Source: an uncultured delta proteobacterium
GTDB taxonomy: Bacteria > Desulfobacterota > Desulfomonilia > UBA1062
DNA: 64,000 nt
Assembly: GCA_963752595.1 (NCBI GenBank)
Contig: CAVVYZ010000017.1
Location: 96,001-160,000 of the forward strand
Reading direction: 5' to 3'
Both the position numbers and the translations under genes were made by a program. Below, piece after piece: positions 10,521 through 21,365 of this stretch; position 1 is the stretch's first letter, and every line of letters starts with the position of its first letter. Under the pieces are notes generated by a model. That model was not told where the DNA came from. It did not search any database and worked only from the letters and a program-made list of their open reading frames with translations.

Positions 10521-11111
10521 ATGCATAAACTGTTATCCATAATTGCAGGGGTGATTGTCCCGTGTCTTTTTTCTTCGTTCCTCTGGGCTCAGGAGGCGCA
10601 GAGCGATTACCGGAACGCCCTCATGAAATTGACGCTGTACGTTCCGGAAGATCCCAAAGAAAGGGAATCCCTTGGCATCAAGAGCTCCTCGGGAAAGATG
10701 TCTTTAACACAGATCAAATCCGAGATCCTCATTATCGAGATTTTCAGCATGTACTGTCCCCATTGCCAGAAGCATGCCCCCACCGCCGATAAACTCTACC
10801 ATGCTATTGACAGCAGGAAGGAGTTTAGGGATAAGATAAAATTTATAGGAATCGGTGTGGGGAATTCACAATACGAGGTGGAAATATTCAGGCAGAAGTA
10901 TTCACCACCGTTCCCCTTGTTTGATGATAGGGCATGCGTGGTCACAAATTCATTCACTGGTATCCGCACGCTCTACTATCTCGGGATTCGGATCAACAAG
11001 GGTTCGAGCTTTGAGATATTCTATTCGAACGCCGGCGGGTTTACGGATGCTGAGGAGTTTTTGAACATGATCGTGAAGGAATCAGGTATTCAACGAGGAG
11101 GAAGTCGATGA
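10521..11111 (+). CDS. exported TlpA-like redoxin
   Basis: Signal peptide; EIFSMYCPHCQ. Confidence 0.8.
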   Translation: MHKLLSIIAGVIVPCLFSSFLWAQEAQSDYRNALMKLTLYVPEDPKERESLGIKSSSGKMSLTQIKSEILIIEIFSMYCPHCQKHAPTADKLYHAIDSRKEFRDKIKFIGIGVGNSQYEVEIFRQKYSPPFPLFDDRACVVTNSFTGIRTLYYLGIRINKGSSFEIFYSNAGGFTDAEEFLNMIVKESGIQRGGSR

Positions 11112-11704
11112 AGAGAAATGTCTGGGCTGGAATCCTGTGTGCGCTGTTCCTGGTTGTCGGTGCGCAGAACGCACCAGCTGTTTCCGATGCCATGAAAAAA
11201 GAGATCTATGACGTCGGGAAGCTCAAGCCCATAGACAGCGAATTGAAGGTCCGGGTAGGCGAGCAGGCTCCGGATTTTACGCTGAGATCCACATCCGGCA
11301 AGACGGTTTCTCTGTCGGAGTTCCGGGAAAAGAGCAACGTCGTCATCTCTTTCATCCCTTCTGCATGGACCCCGATCTGTTCTGACCAGTGGCCCGGATA
11401 CAATGTTGCTCAGGATGTTTTCCGAAAAAATAATACCGTTGTATTAGGCATTAGTGTCGATAATGTCCCCACGTTATATGCATGGACCGCACAGATGGAC
11501 GGCCTGTGGTTTCCCGTACTTTCCGATTTCTGGCCTCATGGGGCGGTTGCGAAAAAGTTCGGGGTCCTGCGCTCGGACGGCATTGCGGAAAGGGCCATCT
11601 TTATCGTCGACAGAAAGGGCAAGATCCGCTACATCGGGCTCCAGGATATTAACGTACGGCCGCTGCTTGAGGATATCGTAAAAGAGCTGGAGAAACTCAG
11701 GTAA
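11108..11704 (+). CDS. exported peroxiredoxin (AhpE-like)
   Basis: Signal peptide; PSAWTPIC (PxxxTxxC), LSDFWPHG, ERAIFIVD. Confidence 0.85.
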   Translation: MKRNVWAGILCALFLVVGAQNAPAVSDAMKKEIYDVGKLKPIDSELKVRVGEQAPDFTLRSTSGKTVSLSEFREKSNVVISFIPSAWTPICSDQWPGYNVAQDVFRKNNTVVLGISVDNVPTLYAWTAQMDGLWFPVLSDFWPHGAVAKKFGVLRSDGIAERAIFIVDRKGKIRYIGLQDINVRPLLEDIVKELEKLR

Positions 11705-11772
11705 CAAGAAAAAGCGACACTTATTACCTGTGCAGCCCCTTGAGGGAAACATCCTGTTTCCTCATTTTCTGC

Positions 11773-12309
11773 TTATACTGGATCTTTAGGCTTACCGCCT
11801 TCCTTGAATGTAGCGAGATACCTGGCTGCAAGATCGATATACATCTGCTTGCCTACGAGCATCGCGTCTCGGTGTTTCTGCTCGATATCTCCCTTTTCTA
11901 CGGCAGGAGAACCCGCATAAATCTTACCTTCCGGAACCACCTGGTTCTTCTTTACCAGGGAGTGTTCAGCAATAATCGACCAGTTCCCCACCATAGTATT
12001 ATCGCTTAAAGTCGAATGCATCCCGATAACGGCATAGGCGCCTACGCTTTTTCCGTGTAACATTGCCAAATGCCCGATGGTGACGGACCTTCCGATGGTC
12101 AGAATCGAAGGGGTATGGATAACCACGCCGTCTTCCACGGCTGTTTCGTCATCAATGACGATCGCGCCGAAATCACCCCTGATTACGGCCCCGGGGCCAA
12201 TCCAGCATCGCTCTCCGATCCGTACGTTTCCGATGATGTACGCGCTGGGAGCCACCCATGTCCCGGCACCCACAATGGGGATGGTATTGTTGAATGAATA
12301 TATTGCCAT
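11773..12309 (-). CDS. gamma carbonic anhydrase family (hexapeptide repeat) protein
   Basis: IIGNVRIG, AVIRGD, VIH, TIGH..MLHG, YAGSPA; SD GGAGG before MAIYSF. Confidence 0.88.
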   Translation of the reverse strand: MAIYSFNNTIPIVGAGTWVAPSAYIIGNVRIGERCWIGPGAVIRGDFGAIVIDDETAVEDGVVIHTPSILTIGRSVTIGHLAMLHGKSVGAYAVIGMHSTLSDNTMVGNWSIIAEHSLVKKNQVVPEGKIYAGSPAVEKGDIEQKHRDAMLVGKQMYIDLAARYLATFKEGGKPKDPV

Positions 12310-12594
12310 ACATCCTCCCGAATAGTTCATAATGTTCATCGTGTAAAAAAGAGGAGACGCATCATGAAGTATGGAGACAACATACGTTGGATGCCGACCC
12401 TTTGTCAAATATCTGAATCTAATCATAAATAGACAAGGATTAAGCGCGGAAAATTTTATTTCATCCATTTTTTTTGCGTGAACTTTTGCCGATAATAAGT
12501 GTGAATACTATTGTATGCTCTGTAGTTGAGAGAATGGGGTCAGATTATGTTAGGCGAATTGACAGGGAACATACCGGGGTTTCCACAGAGAAGC

Positions 12595-14856
12595 ATGTCG
12601 CAAGAAAAGGCAGACAAGGGGAAAATCCTTAAGAGGGAACAGAGAGAACGCCTGTATCGGAATCAATTCAAGGGCGCGTGCGTCCGATCCGGCGGAGTGA
12701 TTGTCATCTGGCTCTTCACGCTTCTCGCGTATCTTTACGGGGCTATCGATTTTCGGGCATTCAAAGGGGCCAGCCTTTCCATTGCCTACATTGTTCTCAT
12801 GCATGTGCCCCTCATCCCTCTGTTGAGGTATGTCTCCGGTAAAAGACTCTATGAATTCTTCTCCTTTTTGATCAATATCCTGGAAATCATCGGTTATACG
12901 AGTTTCATTTATTTTGTAGGCGGCTTTCGTTCCACGTACCTTACCCCGGTTTATGCCGCCATGATATTTTACGTAGGGGTTCTAGCTCCGAAGAGATATC
13001 CGTTCATACTGGCAGGCTTCAGCTCGTTGTCATTCGGCATCATGGTAGCCATGGAGCACTTCGGCATCATTCCTCATCAAAATGTGGTATTCGAATATAA
13101 CTTCCAGTGGAATATCGTATTCCTCGTCCTCCTGATCATGAGCGCGCTATTATTCGTTGTGGCCTTTATGTCTTCGTACACCGCAGGGATACTTCAGAAT
13201 GCCAGGGCAAAGCTCAAAGAGCAGAATATCGAGCTGGAAAAGGCAAACGATCGCCTCGTGCAGGAGATCGAAGAGCGCAACCGTGCGTATCAGGCCTTGC
13301 GGGAGAGCGAGGAAAAGCTTCATGATATCTTCGAAAATGTTTCGGATGCTTTGTTTTCTCATGATCTCCAGGGTAATTTCCTGGAGACGAACATGGGAAT
13401 GAAACGGTTGCTCGGATATAAGGATGATGAATCCCTGCCTGCTCGGCTCAACCTCAGGGATCTGGCCCCGGAACGCTATGCATCGTCCATCGAGGATTAC
13501 CTTGAGGATGTGAAGAAAAAGGATAAAAGCGAAGGGATGATGCGGGTTCTGATCAAGGACGGCAGGGAATGCCTCGTGGAATATAAGAACTCGCTCATTC
13601 ACGATGCAAGCGGCAAAGCAATAGGCATCAGGGGATCTGCCAGGGATGTCACGGAAAAATTCCTGGCTGAAAAAGAAAAGAGCAAGCTTCAGGAGCAGCT
13701 CCAGCAGGCGAAAAAGATGGAAGCACTCGGAACCCTTGCCGGAGGGGTTGCTCATGATCTCAACAATATACTCTCAGGGATTGTCAGCTACCCCGAACTG
13801 CTGCTCATGGAGATTCCTGGCACCAGTCCGCTTCGCAAACCCCTGCTCACGATACAGAAGTCCGGGGAAAAGGCAGCTTCTATCGTTCAGGATCTTCTCA
13901 CCCTGGCTAGGAGAGGTGTTGCTGTTTCGGAGTTCATTGAACTTAACTCTGTTATCCGGGAATATCTGAAGAGTCCCGAATATCAGAAAGTCCTCCTGCT
14001 GCACCCTGATGTCGAGGTCATAACCGATTTCGACGATGAGCTTCGATGCATTATCACCGGCTCGCCGGTACACGTTGCAAAAACGATCATGAATCTCGTG
14101 ACAAATGCCTTTGAATCAATGCCCCGAGGAGGCAGGGTAAGCATTACGACCGCCAATGCCACGCTTCATGACCCCATCAAAGGCTTCGATGCCTTCCGTG
14201 AAGGACAGTATGCGGTTTTCCAGATATCCGATACGGGGGTTGGTATGTCGGAGAAGGACAGGGAAAGGATCTTTGACCCGTTCTATACCAAGAAGGTCAT
14301 GGGAAGGAGCGGGACCGGTCTCGGGCTGACCGTCGTCTGGGGAACCGTAAAGGACATGGGAGGGCACATAGATGTCCAGAGCACTGCCGGAAACGGTTCC
14401 ACGTTCACCCTTTATTTCCCGGCCGGGAATGATGCACATGTCGGGAAAGAGATGAGAACCGAAAGCACTGCTTTAACCGGGAATGGCGAGAAGGTCCTGG
14501 TGGTCGACGACAGTGCCGAGCAGAGGGAAATAGCAACCCGCATGCTGAATAAGCTGGGATATACCGTAGTATCTGCATCCAGCGGGGAAAGCGCAGTGCA
14601 ATACCTGGAGAAAAATGCCACAGATCTGGTTCTTCTCGACATGATCATGAGTCCGGGGATCGACGGCCTTGAAACCTATAAACGGATCCTCAAGCTGCAC
14701 CCGAAGCAAAAGGCCATTATCGCAAGCGGCTATTCCGAAACCGATCGTGTCAGGGAAGCACAGAAGCTCGGGGCAGGCGTCTATATAAGGAAGCCCTACC
14801 TCATGGAAAAGATCGGCCAGGCAGTAAAAATTGAACTGGGGCAAGGCCGGTCCTGA
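12595..14856 (+). CDS. membrane hybrid sensor histidine kinase (TM-PAS-HisKA-HATPase-REC)
   Basis: About 6 TM helices, PAS, AGGVAHDLNN, DTGVGM, GTGLGL, receiver VDD...LDMIM...KP; start uncertain (12526-12595). Confidence 0.92.
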   Translation: MSQEKADKGKILKREQRERLYRNQFKGACVRSGGVIVIWLFTLLAYLYGAIDFRAFKGASLSIAYIVLMHVPLIPLLRYVSGKRLYEFFSFLINILEIIGYTSFIYFVGGFRSTYLTPVYAAMIFYVGVLAPKRYPFILAGFSSLSFGIMVAMEHFGIIPHQNVVFEYNFQWNIVFLVLLIMSALLFVVAFMSSYTAGILQNARAKLKEQNIELEKANDRLVQEIEERNRAYQALRESEEKLHDIFENVSDALFSHDLQGNFLETNMGMKRLLGYKDDESLPARLNLRDLAPERYASSIEDYLEDVKKKDKSEGMMRVLIKDGRECLVEYKNSLIHDASGKAIGIRGSARDVTEKFLAEKEKSKLQEQLQQAKKMEALGTLAGGVAHDLNNILSGIVSYPELLLMEIPGTSPLRKPLLTIQKSGEKAASIVQDLLTLARRGVAVSEFIELNSVIREYLKSPEYQKVLLLHPDVEVITDFDDELRCIITGSPVHVAKTIMNLVTNAFESMPRGGRVSITTANATLHDPIKGFDAFREGQYAVFQISDTGVGMSEKDRERIFDPFYTKKVMGRSGTGLGLTVVWGTVKDMGGHIDVQSTAGNGSTFTLYFPAGNDAHVGKEMRTESTALTGNGEKVLVVDDSAEQREIATRMLNKLGYTVVSASSGESAVQYLEKNATDLVLLDMIMSPGIDGLETYKRILKLHPKQKAIIASGYSETDRVREAQKLGAGVYIRKPYLMEKIGQAVKIELGQGRS

Positions 14857-14867
14857 CCAAGGGTCAA

Positions 14868-15836
14868 TTACCCCTTACTCCCCTTGTGATATGTTTCTAT
14901 GAGCAGGGGGATAAAGGTAGTGAGGTCTTCGACGACACCATAATGCGCAACCCGGAAAATAGAGGCGTTGATGTCTGCATTGACGGCAATGATCGTGCGG
15001 GAATCTTTCATCCCTGCAAGATGCTGGGCAGCCCCTGAAATCCCGCAGGCAACGTAGAGCTTCGGAGACACTTTGTTGCCAGTGATCCCGATCTGGTGGG
15101 TATAATCGAGCCAGCCCAGGTCGCATACCGCCCGTGTCGCTCCGAGGGCCGATTTCGAAAAGAGAGAACAGAAATCGCGTAAGATTCTGATATTTTCCTG
15201 CTTGCCGATACCCCTGCCTGCTGAAACGATGACCTCGGCATCGGAAAGGGCCATGTTTTTATGAGTTGACTCACGGATACCATGCGTCCGCGCAGAGACC
15301 GGCTCGTCCGGAAAGTTGATGATCCTGACCTCGCCGGGCAACTTTTTTGCATGGTCATACGGCTTCCAGGCGCCGGGTAATACGGTCAGCACGGAAACCT
15401 GCATGGAGGGTCGGATTTTCACCCTGAACTTCCCGCCGAACATGGTGCGGATGAATGATCCCTTCCCGATTTCCTCCACAGCGGTTATGCAGCATGCCTG
15501 AAGTGCTATAGAGAGCTGCGGGGCAAAGTCGGCTCCCTGAGCTGTATGGGGGATGCATACGCAGTCGGGGTCTTTCCCTTTGAGAAAAGAAGAAAGGGCC
15601 TTTGTGTATGCTTCCGCACAATACTCCCTCAAAAAACATCCCTTAATTCCGACTACTTCAAGACCGGTTTTCCGTGCGAGCTGTTCTGCCAGAGGGTCTA
15701 TCCTGTCCCCATCTGCGAGAACGAGCAGCGTTATCTTTCCTTCTTTGAGCTCACAGGCGAACGATACGGTTTCATAGGTTTCCTGCAGGATCTGCCCGTT
15801 TTCGTGCAAAGCGGCTACATAGATCGTTTTATTCAT
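14868..15836 (-). CDS. etfA: electron transfer flavoprotein alpha subunit
   Basis: VSAGRG, QIGITG, GISGAAQHLAGM, AVN.D..A.IF. Confidence 0.93.
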   Translation of the reverse strand: MNKTIYVAALHENGQILQETYETVSFACELKEGKITLLVLADGDRIDPLAEQLARKTGLEVVGIKGCFLREYCAEAYTKALSSFLKGKDPDCVCIPHTAQGADFAPQLSIALQACCITAVEEIGKGSFIRTMFGGKFRVKIRPSMQVSVLTVLPGAWKPYDHAKKLPGEVRIINFPDEPVSARTHGIRESTHKNMALSDAEVIVSAGRGIGKQENIRILRDFCSLFSKSALGATRAVCDLGWLDYTHQIGITGNKVSPKLYVACGISGAAQHLAGMKDSRTIIAVNADINASIFRVAHYGVVEDLTTFIPLLIETYHKGSKG

Positions 15837-15850
15837 AGAGGATCCTTCTT

Positions 15851-16627
15851 TTAAAGCAGGGAATGCCTATGGAGAATTTCAAGGAGCTTTTCCGCTTTTT
15901 GGGCAGGAGACCCCTCGATGATTTCACCTTTTCCGCCCTGTGGGGAAAAGGCGATCTTTTCTAAAACCTGGGAGGATCGGGGTGCCCCGAGCGTGGAGGC
16001 ATCGATTCGCTCGAGTGCTGCGGTGCGGGATTTGAGCATGTGGGAAAGCGCGGGGTACCTCGGGGTATTGATCCCTGACTGGATAGTGAGCACTGCCGGG
16101 AACTTCAGGGTCAGGCGCTCCCTGCACCCCCCTTCGATCTCCCGCTCTACGGCTAGCTCTCCCGAACGTTCGGCTGTTCCCTGGGAAATGACGTTCGTGG
16201 CGCACGCATAGGAAAGCATTGCAGCAGTGAGCCCTCCCACCTGGCCCTCCATGTCGTCCTCAGCCATGACCCCGGTGAGGATGAGGTCGTAGTTTCTGCT
16301 TCGAACTGCCGCTGAGATCAGGGAGGCCCGCTCGAAGGCGCTGAAATACCCGTCTTCATTCTTCATGATGTGGATTCCATGGTGAGCGCCCATACCCAAT
16401 GCACGCCTTATCGTTGCCTGGACCCTCTCCGGGCCCACTGACAAAACATCGACGGCGGTATCCGGATAATGCTCGGCAATGCTTAAGCCCTCTTCGAGGG
16501 CATATTCGTCATAACGGTTCATGCGGAAGACCGTGTTTCCCGCATACTCGATCCATGTGGCGGTTTCGTTGATGCCGAGCGTTTCAGTGCTGTCACAGAC
16601 CTGTTTGACGCAAACGAGGATTTTCAT
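15851..16627 (-). CDS. etfB: electron transfer flavoprotein beta subunit
   Basis: MKILVCVKQV, MNRYDEYALE, ALGMGA, NTPRYP. Confidence 0.93.
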   Translation of the reverse strand: MKILVCVKQVCDSTETLGINETATWIEYAGNTVFRMNRYDEYALEEGLSIAEHYPDTAVDVLSVGPERVQATIRRALGMGAHHGIHIMKNEDGYFSAFERASLISAAVRSRNYDLILTGVMAEDDMEGQVGGLTAAMLSYACATNVISQGTAERSGELAVEREIEGGCRERLTLKFPAVLTIQSGINTPRYPALSHMLKSRTAALERIDASTLGAPRSSQVLEKIAFSPQGGKGEIIEGSPAQKAEKLLEILHRHSLL

Positions 16628-16694
16628 AGCCTCTCCATGGTCAGGATATGATGTAGAAGTTATCATAACCTAAGGGACAGGTGAACGCAATTCT

Positions 16695-16725
16695 AAAACG
16701 AGCAAGCGCTCGTTTTTTATTGACA
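16695..16725 (+). promoter_or_regulatory. perfect inverted repeat AAAACGAGC-N4-GCTCGTTTT (putative TetR operator) next to TTGACA -35
   Basis: Palindrome 16695-16716 between divergent etfB and the His-phosphatase operon; TTGACA at 16720-16725. Confidence 0.6.
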
Positions 16726-16755
16726 GGTGGGGCACCTTCTGCTACAGAGGATTGC

Positions 16756-17469
16756 ATGAGTGTATTGTATCTGATCCGTCACGGGCAGGCATCCTTCGGG
16801 GCAGACAACTACGACAAACTCTCTCCCATGGGTATACGCCAGGCCCTCATCCTGGGCTCCCACCTGACGAGCATCGGGATAGCGCCGGATGCGGTTTATT
16901 CAGGCGCCATGTCGCGGCAGACGCATACCGCAGAAGAAGTAAGACTCTGCTACCGGGAAAGAGGCAAAAATATCCCCGAGCTCCTCTTGAAAAACGGCCT
17001 CAATGAGTTCGATTCTTCGGCGATCATCATCTCGCAGCTTCCGGATATGCAGAAGGAGGACCCCCTTCTTGCAGAGCATCTCCCCCGGATGTACGAGAGC
17101 AGGGAATCGTTTAAGCGCATCTTTGAAGGAGCGATGCTCAGGTGGGTGTCCGGTGAGTTCGACAGGCCCGGCGTAGAGAGCTGGAAAGATTTTCTGGCCC
17201 GGGTAAGCCTCGCAATCACGCAGATCATGGAAGAGCAGGGCAAGGGCAGGAACATATTCGTCTTCACTTCGGGCGGACCCATAGCGGCTGCGCTCCAGTT
17301 TGTCCTGGGCGTTTCGCCCGAGGCTGCCATCCGGCTCAACTGGCAGATCGTGAACACCTCATACACCAAAATCATGTATAATGCCGGTCGGATCACCATG
17401 GCGTGTTTCAACTGCACCGCACACCTGGAGCTGGAGCAGGAAAGATCCGCGCTTGTCAGCTATCGATAA
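16756..17469 (+). CDS. histidine phosphatase (phosphoglycerate mutase-like) family protein
   Basis: LIRHGQASFG, RQ..TA, LNEFD, FTSGGPI, N...HL. Confidence 0.9.
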   Translation: MSVLYLIRHGQASFGADNYDKLSPMGIRQALILGSHLTSIGIAPDAVYSGAMSRQTHTAEEVRLCYRERGKNIPELLLKNGLNEFDSSAIIISQLPDMQKEDPLLAEHLPRMYESRESFKRIFEGAMLRWVSGEFDRPGVESWKDFLARVSLAITQIMEEQGKGRNIFVFTSGGPIAAALQFVLGVSPEAAIRLNWQIVNTSYTKIMYNAGRITMACFNCTAHLELEQERSALVSYR

Positions 17470-17495
17470 AAGAAAAAAGTAAGAGGAGGATGTGT

Positions 17496-18698
17496 ATGGA
17501 TTTCGAAATCCCGGATAAGATCAAGGTTATCACTGATATGATCAATGAGTTCGTCGACAAGGAGCTCATTCCCCTGGAGCCGGAGTTCGTCACCAAGGAA
17601 TTCAGGAACATGGTCCCGGTGCTGGAAGAGAAGCGGAACATGGTCAGGCAGATGGAGCTGTGGGGGCCGAACCACCCGAAAGAACACGGCGGCATGGGGC
17701 TCGAACCTGGTGGAGCATGGCCTCGTTTCCGAAGCCCTGGGCCGGACTCCCCTCGGGCATTACGTGTTCGGCTGCCAGGCCCCGGACGCCGGCAATATCG
17801 AGATCCTCCACCTTCACGGCACGCCGGAGCAGAAGGAGAAATACCTGAAGCCCCTGGTGGCGGGAAAGATCCGGAGCTGCTTCTCCATGACCGAGGTGGA
17901 CATGCCGGGATCGAACCCGGTCATGATGGAAACCACGGCGGTCAAGGACGGCGACGACTACGTCATCAACGGCCACAAGTGGTACACCACGGCCGCCGAC
18001 GGCTCGAAGTTCGCCATCGTCATGGCGGTGACCAATCCCGAGGCGCCGACGTACCTGCAGGCGAGCATGATCATCGTGCCCTGCGACACGCCCGGCTTCA
18101 ACCTGGTGCGCAACATCCCGGTCATGGGCCAAGCCGGCAGCGACTACGCCAGCCACGGCGAGATACTCTACCAGAACTGCCGCGTGCCGCAGAAGAACCT
18201 CCTGGGCACGGAAGGGCATGGCTTCGTCATCGCCCAGGAGCGGCTCGGACCCGGGCGGATCCACCACTGCATGCGCTGGCTCGGCATCTGCAACCGCTCC
18301 TTCGACCTCATGTGCACGCGGGGCAACGAAGCGGATCATCGCGCCGGGCGGCAAGACCCTGGCCACGCGGCAGATCATCCAGGCCTGGGTGGCCGAATCC
18401 GCGGCCGAGATACAGGCGGCGCGGCTCATGACCCTGTACGCGCCTGGCGGATCGAAAGTCGGGGCCAAGGAGGCCCGGGACGACATCTCCATGATCAAGT
18501 TCGTGGTGGCCAACACCATGCAGCACGTGGTCGACCGGGCCCTGCAGGTCCACGGCGGCCTCGGCATGACCGACGACACGATCATTCGCCTTTTTCTACC
18601 GCCACGAGCGGGCGGCGCGGATTTACGACGGCGCCGACGAGGTGCACAAGATGTCCCTGGCCAAGCGGATCCTGAAGCGGTACGAGAACGGCAAGTGA
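17496..18698 (+). CDS. acyl-CoA dehydrogenase, ACAD10/11-LvaC-like (several frameshifts, probably sequencing errors)
   Basis: Pieces in three frames: MDFEIPDK..., CQAPDAGNIE, SCFSMTE, INGHKW, AQERLGPGRIHHCMR, DRALQVHGG.G, RIYDGADEVH. Confidence 0.85.
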
Positions 18699-18722
18699 GA
18701 AAGGCAAAGAGAGGGATGCCGT

Positions 18723-19403
18723 TTGAATTTCGAGACCTTCAAGGAGCGGTCATGCTCTCCGTGGAGGAGATCTGCCGGGAGCTCCTGGCGAAAACCGCGA
18801 CCGCATCAAGATCAAGAAGGAAGACGTTGCGGTCAAGAACCTGGTGACCATCGTCGAAGCGGCCCTGAGCTCAGCAATGAGAAGGGCTTTGACGCCATGA
18901 GCCTGCGGGACCTGAGCAGCGAATCGGGCCTGAGCATGGGCGCCCTGTATTCCTAATTTCGAGCAAGGAAGACCTGCTGACATGATCCAGCACCAGGGCA
19001 GATCGTTGATATTCAAGGTCCTGGGCGAATATCTGAAGGACATCGAGGACCCGGGGCAAAGCTCGAGCAGGCCATCCAGACCCATCTCTACCTGAGCGAG
19101 CTCATGCAGCCCTGGTTCTATTTTTTCTACATGGAGACCAAGAACCTGCGAAAGAGATACCAGAAGATCGCCATAGAAGCGAGCTGTTCACCGAGCAGAT
19201 CTTCACCGACATCCTCGAGGAAGGCATCACAAGGGCGTATTCCGGAAGGTAAACCCTCAGCTCGGTTAGCCGCCATCAAGGCCATGATCCAGGACTGGTA
19301 TCTGAAGCGGTGGAAGTACGAACGGCGAAAGGTAACAGTGGAGGAATACGCAGGATTTATCATGGACTTTGTTTCATCCTATCTCATGAGAAAGGTACAA
19401 TAG
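18723..19403 (+). CDS. TetR/AcrR family regulator (frameshifted)
   Basis: HTH KGFDAMSLRDLSSESGLSMGALYS; C-terminal KAMIQDWYLKRWKY; multiple indels. Confidence 0.75.
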
Positions 19404-19409
19404 GAAGGG

Positions 19410-20488
19410 ATGTCTTACATGGATCTTCAACGACAAGGCAGCTAGCGTCAGACAGGGCGAAGAGCTGGATACGGGAAAGGTCGGGGAATATCTTAAGAGG
19501 CATACATTCCCGGCCTCGCCGGAGAAATGGCGGTTAAGCAGTTTCCCAGCGGCTACTCCAACCTGACCTACCTCATCAAGGTGGGGAACACGGAGCTGGT
19601 GCTGAGGAGGCCTCCTTTCGGCAGAAAGGCGAAAACCGCCCATGACATGGGCAGGGAGTACCGCATCCTGAAGGCCCTGAACCCGGTGTTCCCTTACTGC
19701 CCGAAGCCGCTGGTCTACACCGAAGACGAAGCCGTCATGGGATGCCCCTTCTACGTCATGGAGCGGATCCAGGGCATCATCCTGAGAAAGAACCTCCCAA
19801 GGGCTTGATCTTCAGCCCTGGACAGATGCGGACGCTCTGCGAGAACCTGCTGGATGTGCAGTACGAGCTTCATTCCATCGATTACAAAGCCATAGGTCTG
19901 GAAGGGTTCGGCAAACCGGAAGGATATGTGAAGAGGCAGGTGGAAGGATGGTCCGAGCGTACCGGGCGGCCCGGACCCCGGATGCGCCGGACTTCGAGGA
20001 TGTCATGCAGTGGCTCCATGACAGGATGCCGCCTGATTCTCCCCGGCCTGCCATCATCCACAACGACTACAAGTTCGACAACGTGGTGCTCGACCCGGAG
20101 AACCCCCTGGAGATCATCGGGGTGCTGGACTGGGAGATGGCGACCATCGGCGATCCGCTCATGGACCTGGGCAGCTCGCTCGGATACTGGGTCCAGAACG
20201 ATGACCCTCAGGATTTCCAGGCAGTCGCGGATGCTCCCCACGAATCTTCCGGGAGCCCTCACCCGGCAGGAGATGGTGAAGCGCTATGCCGCAAAGGCAG
20301 GCATCGCCATCGACAATTTCGATTTCTATCTCTGCTTCGGCCTGTTCCGGCTCGCGGTCATCCTCCAGCAGATCTACTACCGGTTCTATCACGGCCAGAC
20401 CAAGGACGAGCGTTTCAAGATGCTGATCTTCGCCGTGCACATCATTGACGGGATGACGAAAAAGATGATCGAGCAGTCCTTGCTGTAA
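19410..20488 (+). CDS. APH/choline-kinase-like phosphotransferase, LvaA/ACAD10-11 kinase-like (frameshifted)
   Basis: QFPSGYSNLTY, LVLRRPP, AHDMGREY, IIHNDYKFDN, VLDWEMATIGDPLMDLG, FRLAVILQQIY. Confidence 0.85.
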
Positions 20489-20526
20489 GCAATTATTAAT
20501 GAACAGAAAAATTGAGGAGAGACGGT

Positions 20527-21290
20527 ATGGAAAAGGTAGATTTCAGGCTGAACGGTAAGGTCGCGCTGGTGACCGGGGCGAGCAGGGGTATCGGAGAGGC
20601 CATAGCCATTACCTTGGCAGATTACGGGGCGCACTGCATCCTGGTGAGCAGAAAGGAAGATGCCCTGAAGAGGGTTGCGGAAAAGATCGCTTCCCGGGGA
20701 GGCAAGGCCGATGTGATGGCCTGCCACGTGGGGGACCTCAAGCAGATCGAGGCGCTCTTCCAAAGGTCAGGGAGCGGTTCGGAAAGCTTAACATCCTCAT
20801 CAACAACGCGGCCACCAATCCCTATTTCGGCGAGATGCTGGGCGCCGACGAAGGGGTATGGAACAAGACCTTTGACGTGAACCTCAAGGGCCCGTTCTTC
20901 ATGATCCAGAAAGCGGCCAAGCTCATGATGGAAGCAGGCGGCGGCTCCATCGTGAACGTCTCCTCCATCAACGGCATCAAGCCGGCGCCTTTCCAAGGGA
21001 TCTACTCCATCACCAAGGCAGGCCTCATCTCCATGACCATGGCCTTTGCCAAGGAGCTCGCCACAAAGAACATCCGGGTGAATGCACTGCTGCCCGGTCT
21101 GGTGGACACGAATTTTTCCAAGGCCATCATGGAAAACGACATGATCTATGACTACGCGGTCAAGATGATCCCCATGGGCAGGCATGCACAGCCCATGGAG
21201 ATAGCAGGGGCTGTGCTCTACCTGGTTTCGGATGCCGCCCCTTTCACGACCGGAGCATGCATGGTGGTGGACGGCGGTGCCCTGGCATAG
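20527..21290 (+). CDS. SDR family oxidoreductase (frameshift near 20765)
   Basis: VTGASRGIG, NNAATNP, YSITK, NALLPG. Confidence 0.85.
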
Positions 21291-21365
21291 ACTGAACGAC
21301 GTGCCTGCAAGGGCAGGAGGGCCTTCATCAACACTTGTCCGAAAATCTTCTGAAGGAGGTTTTAT

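Noticed and set aside
7541-11704. Selenocysteine recoding in the redoxins
   Set aside because: All active sites use Cys codons, and no in-frame TGA was seen
12488-12495. GCCGATAA sigma28 -10 box upstream of the hybrid kinase
   Set aside because: No TAAA-like -35 at the expected spacing
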